In this document: positions 18,609-26,527 of the stretch, in pieces
Layout of the letters: every line of letters starts with the position of its first letter
How positions within the stretch are numbered: position 1 is the stretch's first letter
NCBI GenBank assembly: GCA_964353465.1
Contig: CAYGWQ010000003.1
Span: 1 to 54,731, forward strand
Reading direction: 5' to 3'
Origin: an uncultured Acidobacteriota bacterium
Lineage (GTDB): Bacteria; Acidobacteriota; UBA6911
Length of the DNA: 54,731 nucleotides
Notes under the pieces: generated by a model
Database searches by the model: none
The model's input: only the letters and a program-made list of their open reading frames with translations
Told to the model about the DNA's origin: nothing
Made by a program: the position numbers and the translations under genes

Positions 18609-19468
18609 TGCGGATCGGCGTGCGCGCTCACGATTTCGGGAAATTGCCCGCCGAGGAACTTGCCGGCAGGATTGCGGCCAAGGGCCTCTCGTGCGTTCAA
18701 TTGGCTTTATCCAAGGCCATCGCCGGCATCGATTTGAAACCGGGCGAGCTGAATCCCGGCATGGCATTCCACATCGGGCAGGCGTTTCACCGGCACGGGC
18801 TGCAAATCGCTGTGCTGGGCTGTTACATAAATCCGATTCATCCCGATCCGGAGACGAGACGTGTGCTGCTGGGCCTCTTCAAGGAGCACCTGCGGTTCGC
18901 CCGCGATTTTGGCTGCGGCCTGGTGGCTCTGGAGACCGGGTCACTCAACGCCGACTATTCGTTTCATCCAGACAACCATGGAGAGCCCGCTTTTCAGATC
19001 TTTCTCTCCAGCATTGCCGCGCTGGTCGAAGAGGCCGAGACATTCGGCGTGATCGTGGGCATCGAAGGAGTGACCACCCACGTCGTCTCCACACCCGCCA
19101 GGATGCGAAAAACTCTCGACATCATAGGATCCAATCATCTCCAGGTTGTATTCGACCCGGTGAATCTGCTGTCGGCAGACAACTATCAGGACCAGGATCG
19201 TGTCTTGCAGGAAGCGTTCGATCTGTACGGTGATCGCATCGTCGTCGTTCACGCCAAGGATTTCATCGTGGAAGACCGGACGTGGAAAACAGTGCGCACG
19301 GGCCGCGGATGTCTCAACTATCCAATGTTGCTGGGAATGATCCGAAAGAGGAAGCCATACATCAGTATTCTGTTGGAGGAGGTGAGCGAGGACACGGTCG
19401 AGGAATGCCTGCAGTTCCTCCACAAGACGGCATCTGCTGCACACGAACATTCTGCCGTAAAAACTTGA
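18605..19468 (+). CDS. sugar phosphate isomerase/epimerase (xylose-isomerase-like TIM barrel)
   Basis: MMRIGVRAHDFGKLPAEELAGRIAAKGLSCVQLAL... is typical of the AP-endonuclease-2 / xylose-isomerase-like TIM family. It is translationally coupled to the GH105 gene. Confidence 0.8.
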   Translation: MMRIGVRAHDFGKLPAEELAGRIAAKGLSCVQLALSKAIAGIDLKPGELNPGMAFHIGQAFHRHGLQIAVLGCYINPIHPDPETRRVLLGLFKEHLRFARDFGCGLVALETGSLNADYSFHPDNHGEPAFQIFLSSIAALVEEAETFGVIVGIEGVTTHVVSTPARMRKTLDIIGSNHLQVVFDPVNLLSADNYQDQDRVLQEAFDLYGDRIVVVHAKDFIVEDRTWKTVRTGRGCLNYPMLLGMIRKRKPYISILLEEVSEDTVEECLQFLHKTASAAHEHSAVKT

Positions 19469-19482
19469 CTTCGGGTGAGAGG

Positions 19483-19851
19483 CTACTCAGCCTCGAAATA
19501 GGGGACCGCCATCTGGGAATCCAGGCTTATCATGATCCGACGGACTTCACGGATAAAGGGATCAGGCAAATCACCTTTCAGGACGTGCGCAACGGCATCC
19601 AAGCACTCCAGCGAAGGCTGCAGTCCAACGATCAACGCGCCGTTGACACATCGTCCGATTATTGTTTGACGTACCGACGAAACCTGGCAATCCAGAAACT
19701 GCTTGTGGAAGAAGGGAACGCCGCATGTACCACCGGAAGCCTGTCGCAAATCCGATGATTCGCATTCGGGTTGCTTGATTGCGGCCGGCTGAGACTGCGC
19801 CCTGACTGCCCACAAAACCAGGATATTACTTCGAGGCCGCAAGAGCTGCAA
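19483..19851 (-). CDS. small hypothetical Cys-containing protein (weak call)
   Basis: 122-aa ORF in a visibly lower-GC stretch, with a hydrophobic N-terminal segment (ILVLWAVRAQSQPAAI). No family was recognised. It competes with the overlapping plus-strand ORF 19282..19758. Confidence 0.3.
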   Translation of the reverse strand: MQLLRPRSNILVLWAVRAQSQPAAIKQPECESSDLRQASGGTCGVPFFHKQFLDCQVSSVRQTIIGRCVNGALIVGLQPSLECLDAVAHVLKGDLPDPFIREVRRIMISLDSQMAVPYFEAE

Positions 19852-19889
19852 TGCGGATCACCCCGGTGCCCACAATCGACCGGCTAATT

Positions 19890-19926
19890 AAGTAAGGAAT
19901 ACTTCCCTTACTTGAATGCAATGCAT
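19890..19926. promoter_or_regulatory. palindromes upstream of vapB (candidate autoregulatory operator / promoter region)
   Basis: AAGTAAGG (19890-19897) pairs with CCTTACTT (19906-19913), and ATGCA-A-TGCAT lies at 19916-19926. Both are 20-55 nt upstream of the vapB ATG. AbrB-type antitoxins usually bind such dyads. Confidence 0.25.
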
Positions 19927-19946
19927 AAAAATGCTACCATGTAGAC

Positions 19947-20213
19947 ATGAAAGCAACGATTACGAGCAAGGGGCAGATAACCATACCCGCCAGGGTGCGG
20001 CGCAGGCTCAATCTGAAAGCGGGCCAGGTTATGGAGTTTGACGAAGAGGCCCCCTATCTCAAGGCGACACGGATGTTCGATCCCGCCGAGATGTATGCGG
20101 CGATCGGATGCTGCAAGGACAAGGGCGTACCCGCCAGGTCGGCGCAGGAGTGGCTGAATAAGACCCGAGGCAAGGTCATACTGCCCGAGGACAGAGATGC
20201 GCACGGCGATTGA
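19947..20213 (+). CDS. vapB: AbrB/MazE/SpoVT-family antitoxin (VapB-type)
   Basis: MKATITSKGQITIPARVRRRLNLKAGQVMEF is the canonical SpoVT/AbrB swapped-hairpin motif. It overlaps the downstream PIN gene by 17 nt. Confidence 0.8.
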   Translation: MKATITSKGQITIPARVRRRLNLKAGQVMEFDEEAPYLKATRMFDPAEMYAAIGCCKDKGVPARSAQEWLNKTRGKVILPEDRDAHGD

Positions 20214-20607
20214 TTCCTCCGTTCTGTGGAGCATCTTCAAGGGTGAGAGTGACGCAAGGGCGTGGGTGGATTTGCTGATGGCGGCGCGCCGCGAGTCGCG
20301 CCTAATCGTGTGCAGCATTGTTTTTGCCGAGATCGCTCCGCTCTTCGCCAGCCTGGAGGATCTCATCTCAAGGCTTGAGTCGCTCGGCATAGACTACGAT
20401 TCGATCGCACCCGCGAGTGCATTCTCGGCGGGAGTGATTTTCAGAACCTATCGTCAGGAGGGGGGCCCCCGAAAACATCTGATTCCTGATTTTCTGGTTG
20501 GGGCGCACGCCCTCCTTCAGGCCGGTTGCCTCGCAGCCCGCGACCGCGGCTACCTGCGCCGTTACTTCCCGAAGCTCCGCATCATAACACCGGAACAGCC
20601 CTTGTGA
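20197..20607 (+). CDS. vapC: PIN-domain ribonuclease toxin (VapC-type)
   Basis: MRTAIDSSVLWSIF... (first acidic residue), ...VFAEIAPLF..., ...LIPDFLVGAHAL... together form the PIN-domain signature. Confidence 0.85.
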   Translation: MRTAIDSSVLWSIFKGESDARAWVDLLMAARRESRLIVCSIVFAEIAPLFASLEDLISRLESLGIDYDSIAPASAFSAGVIFRTYRQEGGPRKHLIPDFLVGAHALLQAGCLAARDRGYLRRYFPKLRIITPEQPL

Positions 20608-20765
20608 GACCGGTGAAACCGGGGATGCAACCCTAATTGGATTTGCCTGTCTACCTGGATCGAAAAATCTTTTCAGCTTACACTCAATGCCATCACTGCA
20701 AAGTTTGAAGAAACCCGGTCGCCTATCGGGATACACTATAAGATCAATGCCAAAAGGAGGGCTGG

Positions 20766-21758
20766 ATGGCGAAGCCGAAAGTGTTCGTTACCCGCGTCAT
20801 TCTTGATCAAGGAATGAATCTCATCTCGGGATTCTGCGATGCCGACGTCTGGCCCGGGGAACTACCACCCAATCGCGAGGAGATTCTCGAGCGCGCTCGC
20901 GGCGTGGATGGGCTGCTCTGCCTGCTGACCGACAGGATCGATGGCGCGATAATGGATGCCGTCGGTCCCCAATTGAAGGTCATCAGCAATCATGCCGTCG
21001 GGTTCGACAACATCGCCGTTTCCGATGCCACCGCTCGAGGAATTCCTGTTGGTAATACGCCGGGCATTCTCACCGAAGCGACCGCCGACATTGCTTTCGC
21101 GCTTCTGATGGCCGCCGGACGTCGGGTTGTGGAAGGGGACCGGATCGTCCGCGGCGGCGGGTGGAAAACGTGGAGTCCCTCCTTTATGCTGGGGGCCGAT
21201 TTCGTGGGGGCAACCCTGGGCCTCGTGGGCTTTGGACGCATCGGGCGAGCGGTCGCCCGCCGCGCTGCCGGCTTCGGCATGCGCATCCTCTATTTTGATC
21301 CCCAAACTACTGCCCCCGAAGCCGGCGTGGCCGCCGAGCCCGTCGAGTTGGATGCGCTTCTGCGCGAGGCGGATTTCGTTTCCATCCACACGCCACTCAA
21401 CGATGATACCCGCCATCTCGTCGACGCCGCGTTCCTGGCAAAGATGAAGCCGACGGCGATCCTGGTGAACACCGCGCGCGGCCCGATCGTAGACCAGAAG
21501 GCTCTCTATGACACGCTCCAGTCCCGCCGCATTTTCGCCGCCGGCCTGGATGTCACAGATCCTGAACCCCTGCCGATTGACAGCCCGCTTCTCGAGCTGA
21601 ACAACCTGGTCGTGTGTCCTCACATCGCCAGCGCCAGCTGGGCGACGCGCGCCAGGATGTCGCTGCTGGCCGCCGAGAACCTCATCGCCGGTCTAAAGGG
21701 CGAGCGCCTGCCCAATTGCGTCAATCCCGAGGTCTATTCTGCGATATTTCGAGGTTGA
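20766..21758 (+). CDS. D-2-hydroxyacid dehydrogenase (glyoxylate/hydroxypyruvate reductase-like)
   Basis: AAAGGAGGG lies upstream. NAD-binding GLVGFGRIGRAVARR is present, and the catalytic region ...NTARGPIVD...AGLDV...HIASA is typical of the family. Confidence 0.9.
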   Translation: MAKPKVFVTRVILDQGMNLISGFCDADVWPGELPPNREEILERARGVDGLLCLLTDRIDGAIMDAVGPQLKVISNHAVGFDNIAVSDATARGIPVGNTPGILTEATADIAFALLMAAGRRVVEGDRIVRGGGWKTWSPSFMLGADFVGATLGLVGFGRIGRAVARRAAGFGMRILYFDPQTTAPEAGVAAEPVELDALLREADFVSIHTPLNDDTRHLVDAAFLAKMKPTAILVNTARGPIVDQKALYDTLQSRRIFAAGLDVTDPEPLPIDSPLLELNNLVVCPHIASASWATRARMSLLAAENLIAGLKGERLPNCVNPEVYSAIFRG

Positions 21759-21947
21759 GTAGCCTGTCACCAAAATTACACTTGAGGGGAATGACAAGGC
21801 CGTCACGGAGGTCTTAACCTTCCGCTATTTCGAAAGTCCCTCCTTGTGCATTTTCCGATCTTATCCTGGATACCACGGCTGCATCAGACCTGGCTTTGTT
21901 ATTAACATGGCCTTTTCCTGCTGTTAATCTTAAACTGGTTCAGATTG

Positions 21948-23561
21948 CTATTTTTTCTCGATGAGCGGGGGGAATTGGACCAGAATTTCTCCATAGATAC
22001 AGCCCTTCCGGATTTCCACCCGCTCCAGGCGCACCTCCTGTGCTCTTCCCAGCCGTGCATTGGGTATGGATACAAATCTGAGATCGTAGGTGCCGCAAGG
22101 CACATCATTGACCGTAAATTTGCCGCTGGCATTTTCGAAGAACCGGGAATGGGATCGGGCGAAGGGCACCCCTGAGGGGATCAAAAGCAACCAGAACCTT
22201 ATCGCCGGACGGCCTGAGTCGCCGAACACCCGCCCGAAGATACCGCCTTCGGGGCGCCTCATCAATATCTCGATGCCGGAGAGGGCAGGCTTGTTGTTGT
22301 TGAAAGTGAGCCGTTGCACCAGGTAGCCTGCTTTGGAAACATCGATCTTCGTCACAGGCATATCCCCGAGCATTACCGAGAATCTGCCGGCTTCATCGCT
22401 GTCTGCGTATGCCGTTATGCTTTCCATCGCGCCTGTAACCTTGATTTTTGCTCCGGAGATGATCTCGCCGGATTCGCCAGCGACGCTTCCATGGAACGTC
22501 TCTCCATCATCGAGGACAACCGTGGAAGGCGGGGCAATCGGGTCCAGAATAATGGTTCGGACGTGGTAGCATTCTGCCATCATCCTGCACTTGAAAGGGG
22601 CTGTCGTTGGAGGCACGGCGAATTTGACGATCCCATGCTCGTCGCTCGAGGTGCTGCCGGGGGTGCCTTCACCCTCAGGCGCCGCCTGCACGCCGGGAAG
22701 AATCGCGCCTCGACGGTTTTTTACCAGGAAAGAGAACACCAGTGCCTCCGCCAGATGAAAATCAATCCGCTGGCAGCCATCAGCTTTTAAGATGACGGTC
22801 TCGCTTTCCGGGAGGTGTCGCTGAGACCGTGCACTGACGCTTATTCCGGGGCCCTCAGGCAGCTCACCAATGGTATATCTTCCGGCGGGATCCGCAATCC
22901 CAACCGGCGGCGAGAAGCCAAAGGCGTCGAGAAGGCCAGCTGGGGGCAGAGACATAACAAACACGGAAACCGCAGCGCCCGCGATCGCATGCCCTTTTTC
23001 GTCAAAAACATGACCATTAACGCACCCAGGAGCCGGCAGAAGATGGTAGTTTTTCACGACGGTTTTCTGATATGAGAAGTCGATCAAATCCTTTTTCCGG
23101 GTGTGCTTTTCCTTCCGAATAGAGACGAACGCCTGGATGGCCGTACTCAGGCGAATTGTGAATCGTCCCTCAAAATCGCAAGCCTGGGAGGATATTGGCG
23201 CTGGCCACTCATATGCCGGCGGTTCCGGCCATGAGCTGTGCAGTGAAACGATTGCGCCGGGCAACGGGTCCTCCCGCTCGGTCATGACTTTCCCGGTCAG
23301 CAGATATTCCGTGCCCTGTTCATGATCCTGCAGGGTTGCCTCGTCTATTGGAACGTAAACCGGAGCATATTTCCATCCGGCCAACTGTGGAGGACGCGTT
23401 TCTGCGCTATCTGGCGGAGCGCTGGAACGATCAAGGGCAAGATCCCTGCGGTCTACTGTCCGGCTTGCAGACGGATCGATGGATCGCCTGCTTACCAGCC
23501 ACAGCAGGCAGATGATGAACGGCAACAGCAGCCAAAACCAGCGCTTCCTGTCACGTAGCAT
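21948..23561 (-). CDS. membrane-anchored protein with several carboxypeptidase-regulatory-like (CarboxypepD_reg) domains
   Basis: It has an N-terminal TM segment (WFWLLLPFIICLLWLV). G-x-V-x-D/E-x-G-x-P-hydrophobic-x-GA-x-V modules recur (GKVMTEREDPLPGAIVSL, GHVFDEKGHAIAGAAVSV, GSVAGESGEIISGAKIKV). Confidence 0.7.
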   Translation of the reverse strand: MLRDRKRWFWLLLPFIICLLWLVSRRSIDPSASRTVDRRDLALDRSSAPPDSAETRPPQLAGWKYAPVYVPIDEATLQDHEQGTEYLLTGKVMTEREDPLPGAIVSLHSSWPEPPAYEWPAPISSQACDFEGRFTIRLSTAIQAFVSIRKEKHTRKKDLIDFSYQKTVVKNYHLLPAPGCVNGHVFDEKGHAIAGAAVSVFVMSLPPAGLLDAFGFSPPVGIADPAGRYTIGELPEGPGISVSARSQRHLPESETVILKADGCQRIDFHLAEALVFSFLVKNRRGAILPGVQAAPEGEGTPGSTSSDEHGIVKFAVPPTTAPFKCRMMAECYHVRTIILDPIAPPSTVVLDDGETFHGSVAGESGEIISGAKIKVTGAMESITAYADSDEAGRFSVMLGDMPVTKIDVSKAGYLVQRLTFNNNKPALSGIEILMRRPEGGIFGRVFGDSGRPAIRFWLLLIPSGVPFARSHSRFFENASGKFTVNDVPCGTYDLRFVSIPNARLGRAQEVRLERVEIRKGCIYGEILVQFPPLIEKK

Positions 23562-23876
23562 CCGATTCGCCCTGAACCAATAGTAGATCTTGTAGTTTTG
23601 AATGATACACCCGTCGACCTGGTTCGAACGGGTATATAGCTATATAAACGTAAAATGCGGGCAATCGGCTGAGAAAAATCAAATGAGTTCCGTCCAAGGG
23701 AAATGACCGGAAGATCGGCGGGAGGCTCGCGGTTGTCAGCGGTGGCCAACGAGATCTCATCTAATCTCGACGTTGTGTGGATTATCAGCGAAATTGTATG
23801 TTAAGTTTAAGAGTAAGTCATTTTCGTGATTCGCAGCCGGCAGGCCCACACATCAGCCTCGCAAGGAGGTTATCCC

Positions 23877-25733
23877 ATGAATACCATACGGCCCCATGTT
23901 CGCGGCACCGCCCTGTTAGTCTTCATCATCACGCTTTGCTTCGCCATTCCGAAGGCAACGGCGGACATCCGGGAGGATTTCTCTTTTTGGATCACGCTCG
24001 AATCCGTTGAAAAGATAGGCGAGGGAACCAGTGCTTTGACGGGCAGGGTGGCCGGTCTGCCGGTAAGGATATTATTGAACAATGCAACGACGGTTCATGA
24101 TGCGGCGGGACAGCCTGTCGATCCCTATGCGATCGGAGTCGGCGCCATCGTCCTTGTCAGGGCGGACTGGGGCAGGGAGGGCCTCGTCGCCAGGGCAATC
24201 TCCGTCAGCAATGAGGACGAGATGGTGATGACCGGTGTTCTGGAGTTCGCCTCTGCGGACCGGATCCGCGTGTCGAATACCGATCTGCGGCGCAGCGAAC
24301 TTACTTCGCTGGATCCCTCGGCCAGTCCCGGGCAACTTGTCGTAGCCCACATCCGCTTTGATCCTGATGGAGGAATGACGGCGATCAGCTTACAGGCGCA
24401 ACCCAGCCTGCGGCTATACGGCAGAATCACCAGAGTCCAGAAGACCGGGGCATCTGAGGGTATCGTGCAGGTCGCATCGAAGAGTGTCAGGGTTACACAA
24501 TCTTCGGCTTTGCTGGCAGCAGGGGACGTGAAGCTGTCTTTCGACGATCTCAAGGAGGGGCAGTATGTGGACTTGTCGGGAGAGATCAACAACGGCCTGG
24601 TGACCGCCCGGAAAATCCTGGTCTCGAATCCTCAGGAAGTGATCATCTTCGGCAAAATCACTGCATTTAACTCAAGATCCGTCTCCGTTAAGGGCGAAGA
24701 GGGGGTTTGCATTGTCAGGATGGATCCGCACACTGAAGTTCTCGGCACCCTTGCCTTGAATGCCCCGGTCGGCATAAGGACCGTGTTGCAGGGCGACAGT
24801 TCCCTGCTGGCTGCCAGAATCATGGTGTCCGAACGAGGTGCCGGCATTAGCAGCGTTCGTGGAGTCATTGCCAGCCTCGGCAATGGCTTCTTCATGGTGG
24901 GTGCCGTCAAAGTATCGGTCAATGCCCAGACCGTCATCATCTCCAAGGAAGGGACGCTGAGCTTCGCCGAACTGAAGGTCGGCGATCAGGTAGCCGCAGT
25001 CGGCAGCAAACAGAGCGATGGTTCTTTGCTCGCAGCCAAAGTCGAGGTGTCCAGGCCCCAGCCGGTCTTCAGCAACGTTCAGGGCACGATCACCAGCCTG
25101 GGCAACTCCTTCTTCATGGTGGGCGCCGTTAAGGTGTCGGTCGGCACACAGACCGTCATTGTTTCCAAGGGCAGAACTTTGAGCTTCTCCGACTTGAAGG
25201 CAGGCGATCAGGTATATGCCGCCGGCATCAAACAGGCGGACGGTTCGCTGCTCGCCGCCAAGATCGAGGTGTTCACGCCGGCGCCGGTTGTCAGCACTGT
25301 TCGGGGAGTGATTGTCAGCCTCGACAATGGCTTCTTCATGGTTGGGGCCGTCAAAGTGTCGATCAATGCACAGACCGTCATTGTATCCAAAGGCAAGACC
25401 TTGAGCTTCGCCGATCTGAAAGTCGGCGACCAGGTTGCTGCTGTCGGAAGCAAGCAGCCCGACGGTTCTCTCGTGGCGACCAAGATCGAAGTGGCTGTGC
25501 CTCAGCCGGCCGTCAGTACCATTCAGGGCACGATCACCGGCCTCGGCAACTCATTCTTTATAGTGGGCAGCCTACAGGTCAACGTCAGCGCGCAGACCGT
25601 CATCGTGTCCAAAGGGAAGGCACTGAGCTTCGCTGACCTGAAGATTGGAGATCAGATCTTTGCTGCGGGCAATAGGCAGGCTGATGGCTCTCTCCTGGCG
25701 CTCAAAATTGAAGTGGCCACGCCCAAGCGCTGA
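23877..25733 (+). CDS. secreted protein built of DUF5666-like repeats
   Basis: Inside ORF 23826..25733. ATG 23877 is preceded by AGGAGG (23863-23868). The signal is MNTIRPHVRGTALLVFIITLCFAIPKATA. Modules of the form G-x-I/V-x-x-L...V-x-V-x-x-x-T-x-I...L-x-x-G-D-x-V...G-S-L-x-A-x-K-I/V-E-V recur. Confidence 0.8.
   Translation: MNTIRPHVRGTALLVFIITLCFAIPKATADIREDFSFWITLESVEKIGEGTSALTGRVAGLPVRILLNNATTVHDAAGQPVDPYAIGVGAIVLVRADWGREGLVARAISVSNEDEMVMTGVLEFASADRIRVSNTDLRRSELTSLDPSASPGQLVVAHIRFDPDGGMTAISLQAQPSLRLYGRITRVQKTGASEGIVQVASKSVRVTQSSALLAAGDVKLSFDDLKEGQYVDLSGEINNGLVTARKILVSNPQEVIIFGKITAFNSRSVSVKGEEGVCIVRMDPHTEVLGTLALNAPVGIRTVLQGDSSLLAARIMVSERGAGISSVRGVIASLGNGFFMVGAVKVSVNAQTVIISKEGTLSFAELKVGDQVAAVGSKQSDGSLLAAKVEVSRPQPVFSNVQGTITSLGNSFFMVGAVKVSVGTQTVIVSKGRTLSFSDLKAGDQVYAAGIKQADGSLLAAKIEVFTPAPVVSTVRGVIVSLDNGFFMVGAVKVSINAQTVIVSKGKTLSFADLKVGDQVAAVGSKQPDGSLVATKIEVAVPQPAVSTIQGTITGLGNSFFIVGSLQVNVSAQTVIVSKGKALSFADLKIGDQIFAAGNRQADGSLLALKIEVATPKR
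24855..25730 (+). repeat. four in-frame 222-bp tandem repeats (74 aa each, last one shorter) with A-B-A-B pattern, inside CDS 23877..25733
   Basis: Units start at 24855, 25077, 25299 and 25521, spaced exactly 222 bp. Units 1 and 3 begin VRGVI.SL.NGFFMVGAVKVS.NAQTVI. Units 2 and 4 begin (V/I)QGTIT.LGNSFF.VG. Confidence 0.9.
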
Positions 25734-25749
25734 TAGGCGGAGGAATTCA

Positions 25750-26508
25750 TTATTTTCTGTCGTGAAATCCGCTCAGCCCTTCGTGCAAGCCCTGCAGGGG
25801 CGGGAAGAGAATAGGCCCCGGCGCGGCTTTCGGCTTGAACCGGAAATCGATGTCGTCATCCCCGCAATAGCCAACTCCCGGGAAATCGAAGTCCGGACCG
25901 GCAGCCAGGACGGCTTGCTTGCCATCGGCGCTCAATACTCCAACCGTTGCCTTGACGGCGGATGCCTTGCGCCCGGAGGTGAAGATGACTTCGAATTCGC
26001 CGCTTTCGTAAAGCGCGAGGGCAAAATTAAAACCGGCATTGGCAAAAGTGTCGGGAGCCGGCACGACACTCATCCAGTAGATAAGATGAATTCGGTTCGG
26101 CGCCATTCCCATGGTCGCCGTCCAGACGGTGTTGGCCCATTGGGCGTGCCCTGCCTCCATTCGCAGGTCGGTCCAGAACGCGAAGATGCTGTTGCACGGC
26201 GCCGCGGCGGCCGGCAGAGTGGTGTTGGCGGCGACGCTCGTGCGCGCTTCGCGATCGAAAGTGATATAGCCGTTGTCGCTGATGAAATATCCGCTCACGT
26301 CCTTCCCGAAAAACTTCCACGGAAACGGCAGCGCCTGCCACGCGGACAGCTCGTTGTCCTTGGGAGGGCTGAACGCCTGCTGAGCGCTCTGACGGAATGA
26401 GAACAGGAAATCGTGGTCACCAACGGATCGTGCAAATTCGTAAGTCTGGCCATAAAGCCCGGCGGCGCTTAACACGATAAGGATTCCCGCACAAGCGATC
26501 TTTTTCAT
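25750..26508 (-). CDS. secreted hypothetical protein (beta-sandwich-like; LPFPWKFFG...SDNGYITF motif)
   Basis: Inside ORF 25750..26682. ATG 26508 is preceded by AAGGAG. The signal is MKKIACAGILIVLSAAGLYGQ. The start lies 20 nt after the stop of the upstream antiporter gene. The last ~25 codons are encoded by repeat copy D. Confidence 0.6.
   Translation of the reverse strand: MKKIACAGILIVLSAAGLYGQTYEFARSVGDHDFLFSFRQSAQQAFSPPKDNELSAWQALPFPWKFFGKDVSGYFISDNGYITFDREARTSVAANTTLPAAAAPCNSIFAFWTDLRMEAGHAQWANTVWTATMGMAPNRIHLIYWMSVVPAPDTFANAGFNFALALYESGEFEVIFTSGRKASAVKATVGVLSADGKQAVLAAGPDFDFPGVGYCGDDDIDFRFKPKAAPGPILFPPLQGLHEGLSGFHDRK
25753..25827. repeat. truncated copy (D) of the structured palindromic element: end motif plus first hairpin unit
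   Basis: TTTTCTGTCGTGAAATCC (25753-25770) matches the GGTTTCTGTCGCGAAAC end motif. Exactly 19 nt later, the same spacing as in copies B and C, comes GCCCTGCAGGGGCGGGAAGAGAATAGGCCCCGG. Similarity then ends. Confidence 0.6.
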
Positions 26509-26527
26509 TCCTGCTCCTTTCTTCAGC

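Noticed and set aside
19479-19494. GAGGCT-ACTC-AGCCTC hairpin between the convergent genes ending at 19468 and 19483, as a possible bidirectional terminator.
   Set aside because: The stem is only 6 bp, there is no U/T tract on either side, and it overlaps the stop of the weak ORF 19483..19851.
24855-25730. Possible CRISPR array or other non-coding tandem repeat. The same question was asked of the 9-bp repeats at 5606, 7261, 10549 and 16032.
   Set aside because: - The 222-bp repeats are in frame within a CDS and have no spacer structure.
- The 9-bp repeats are far too short and are contiguous.
- No cas genes are present in the window.
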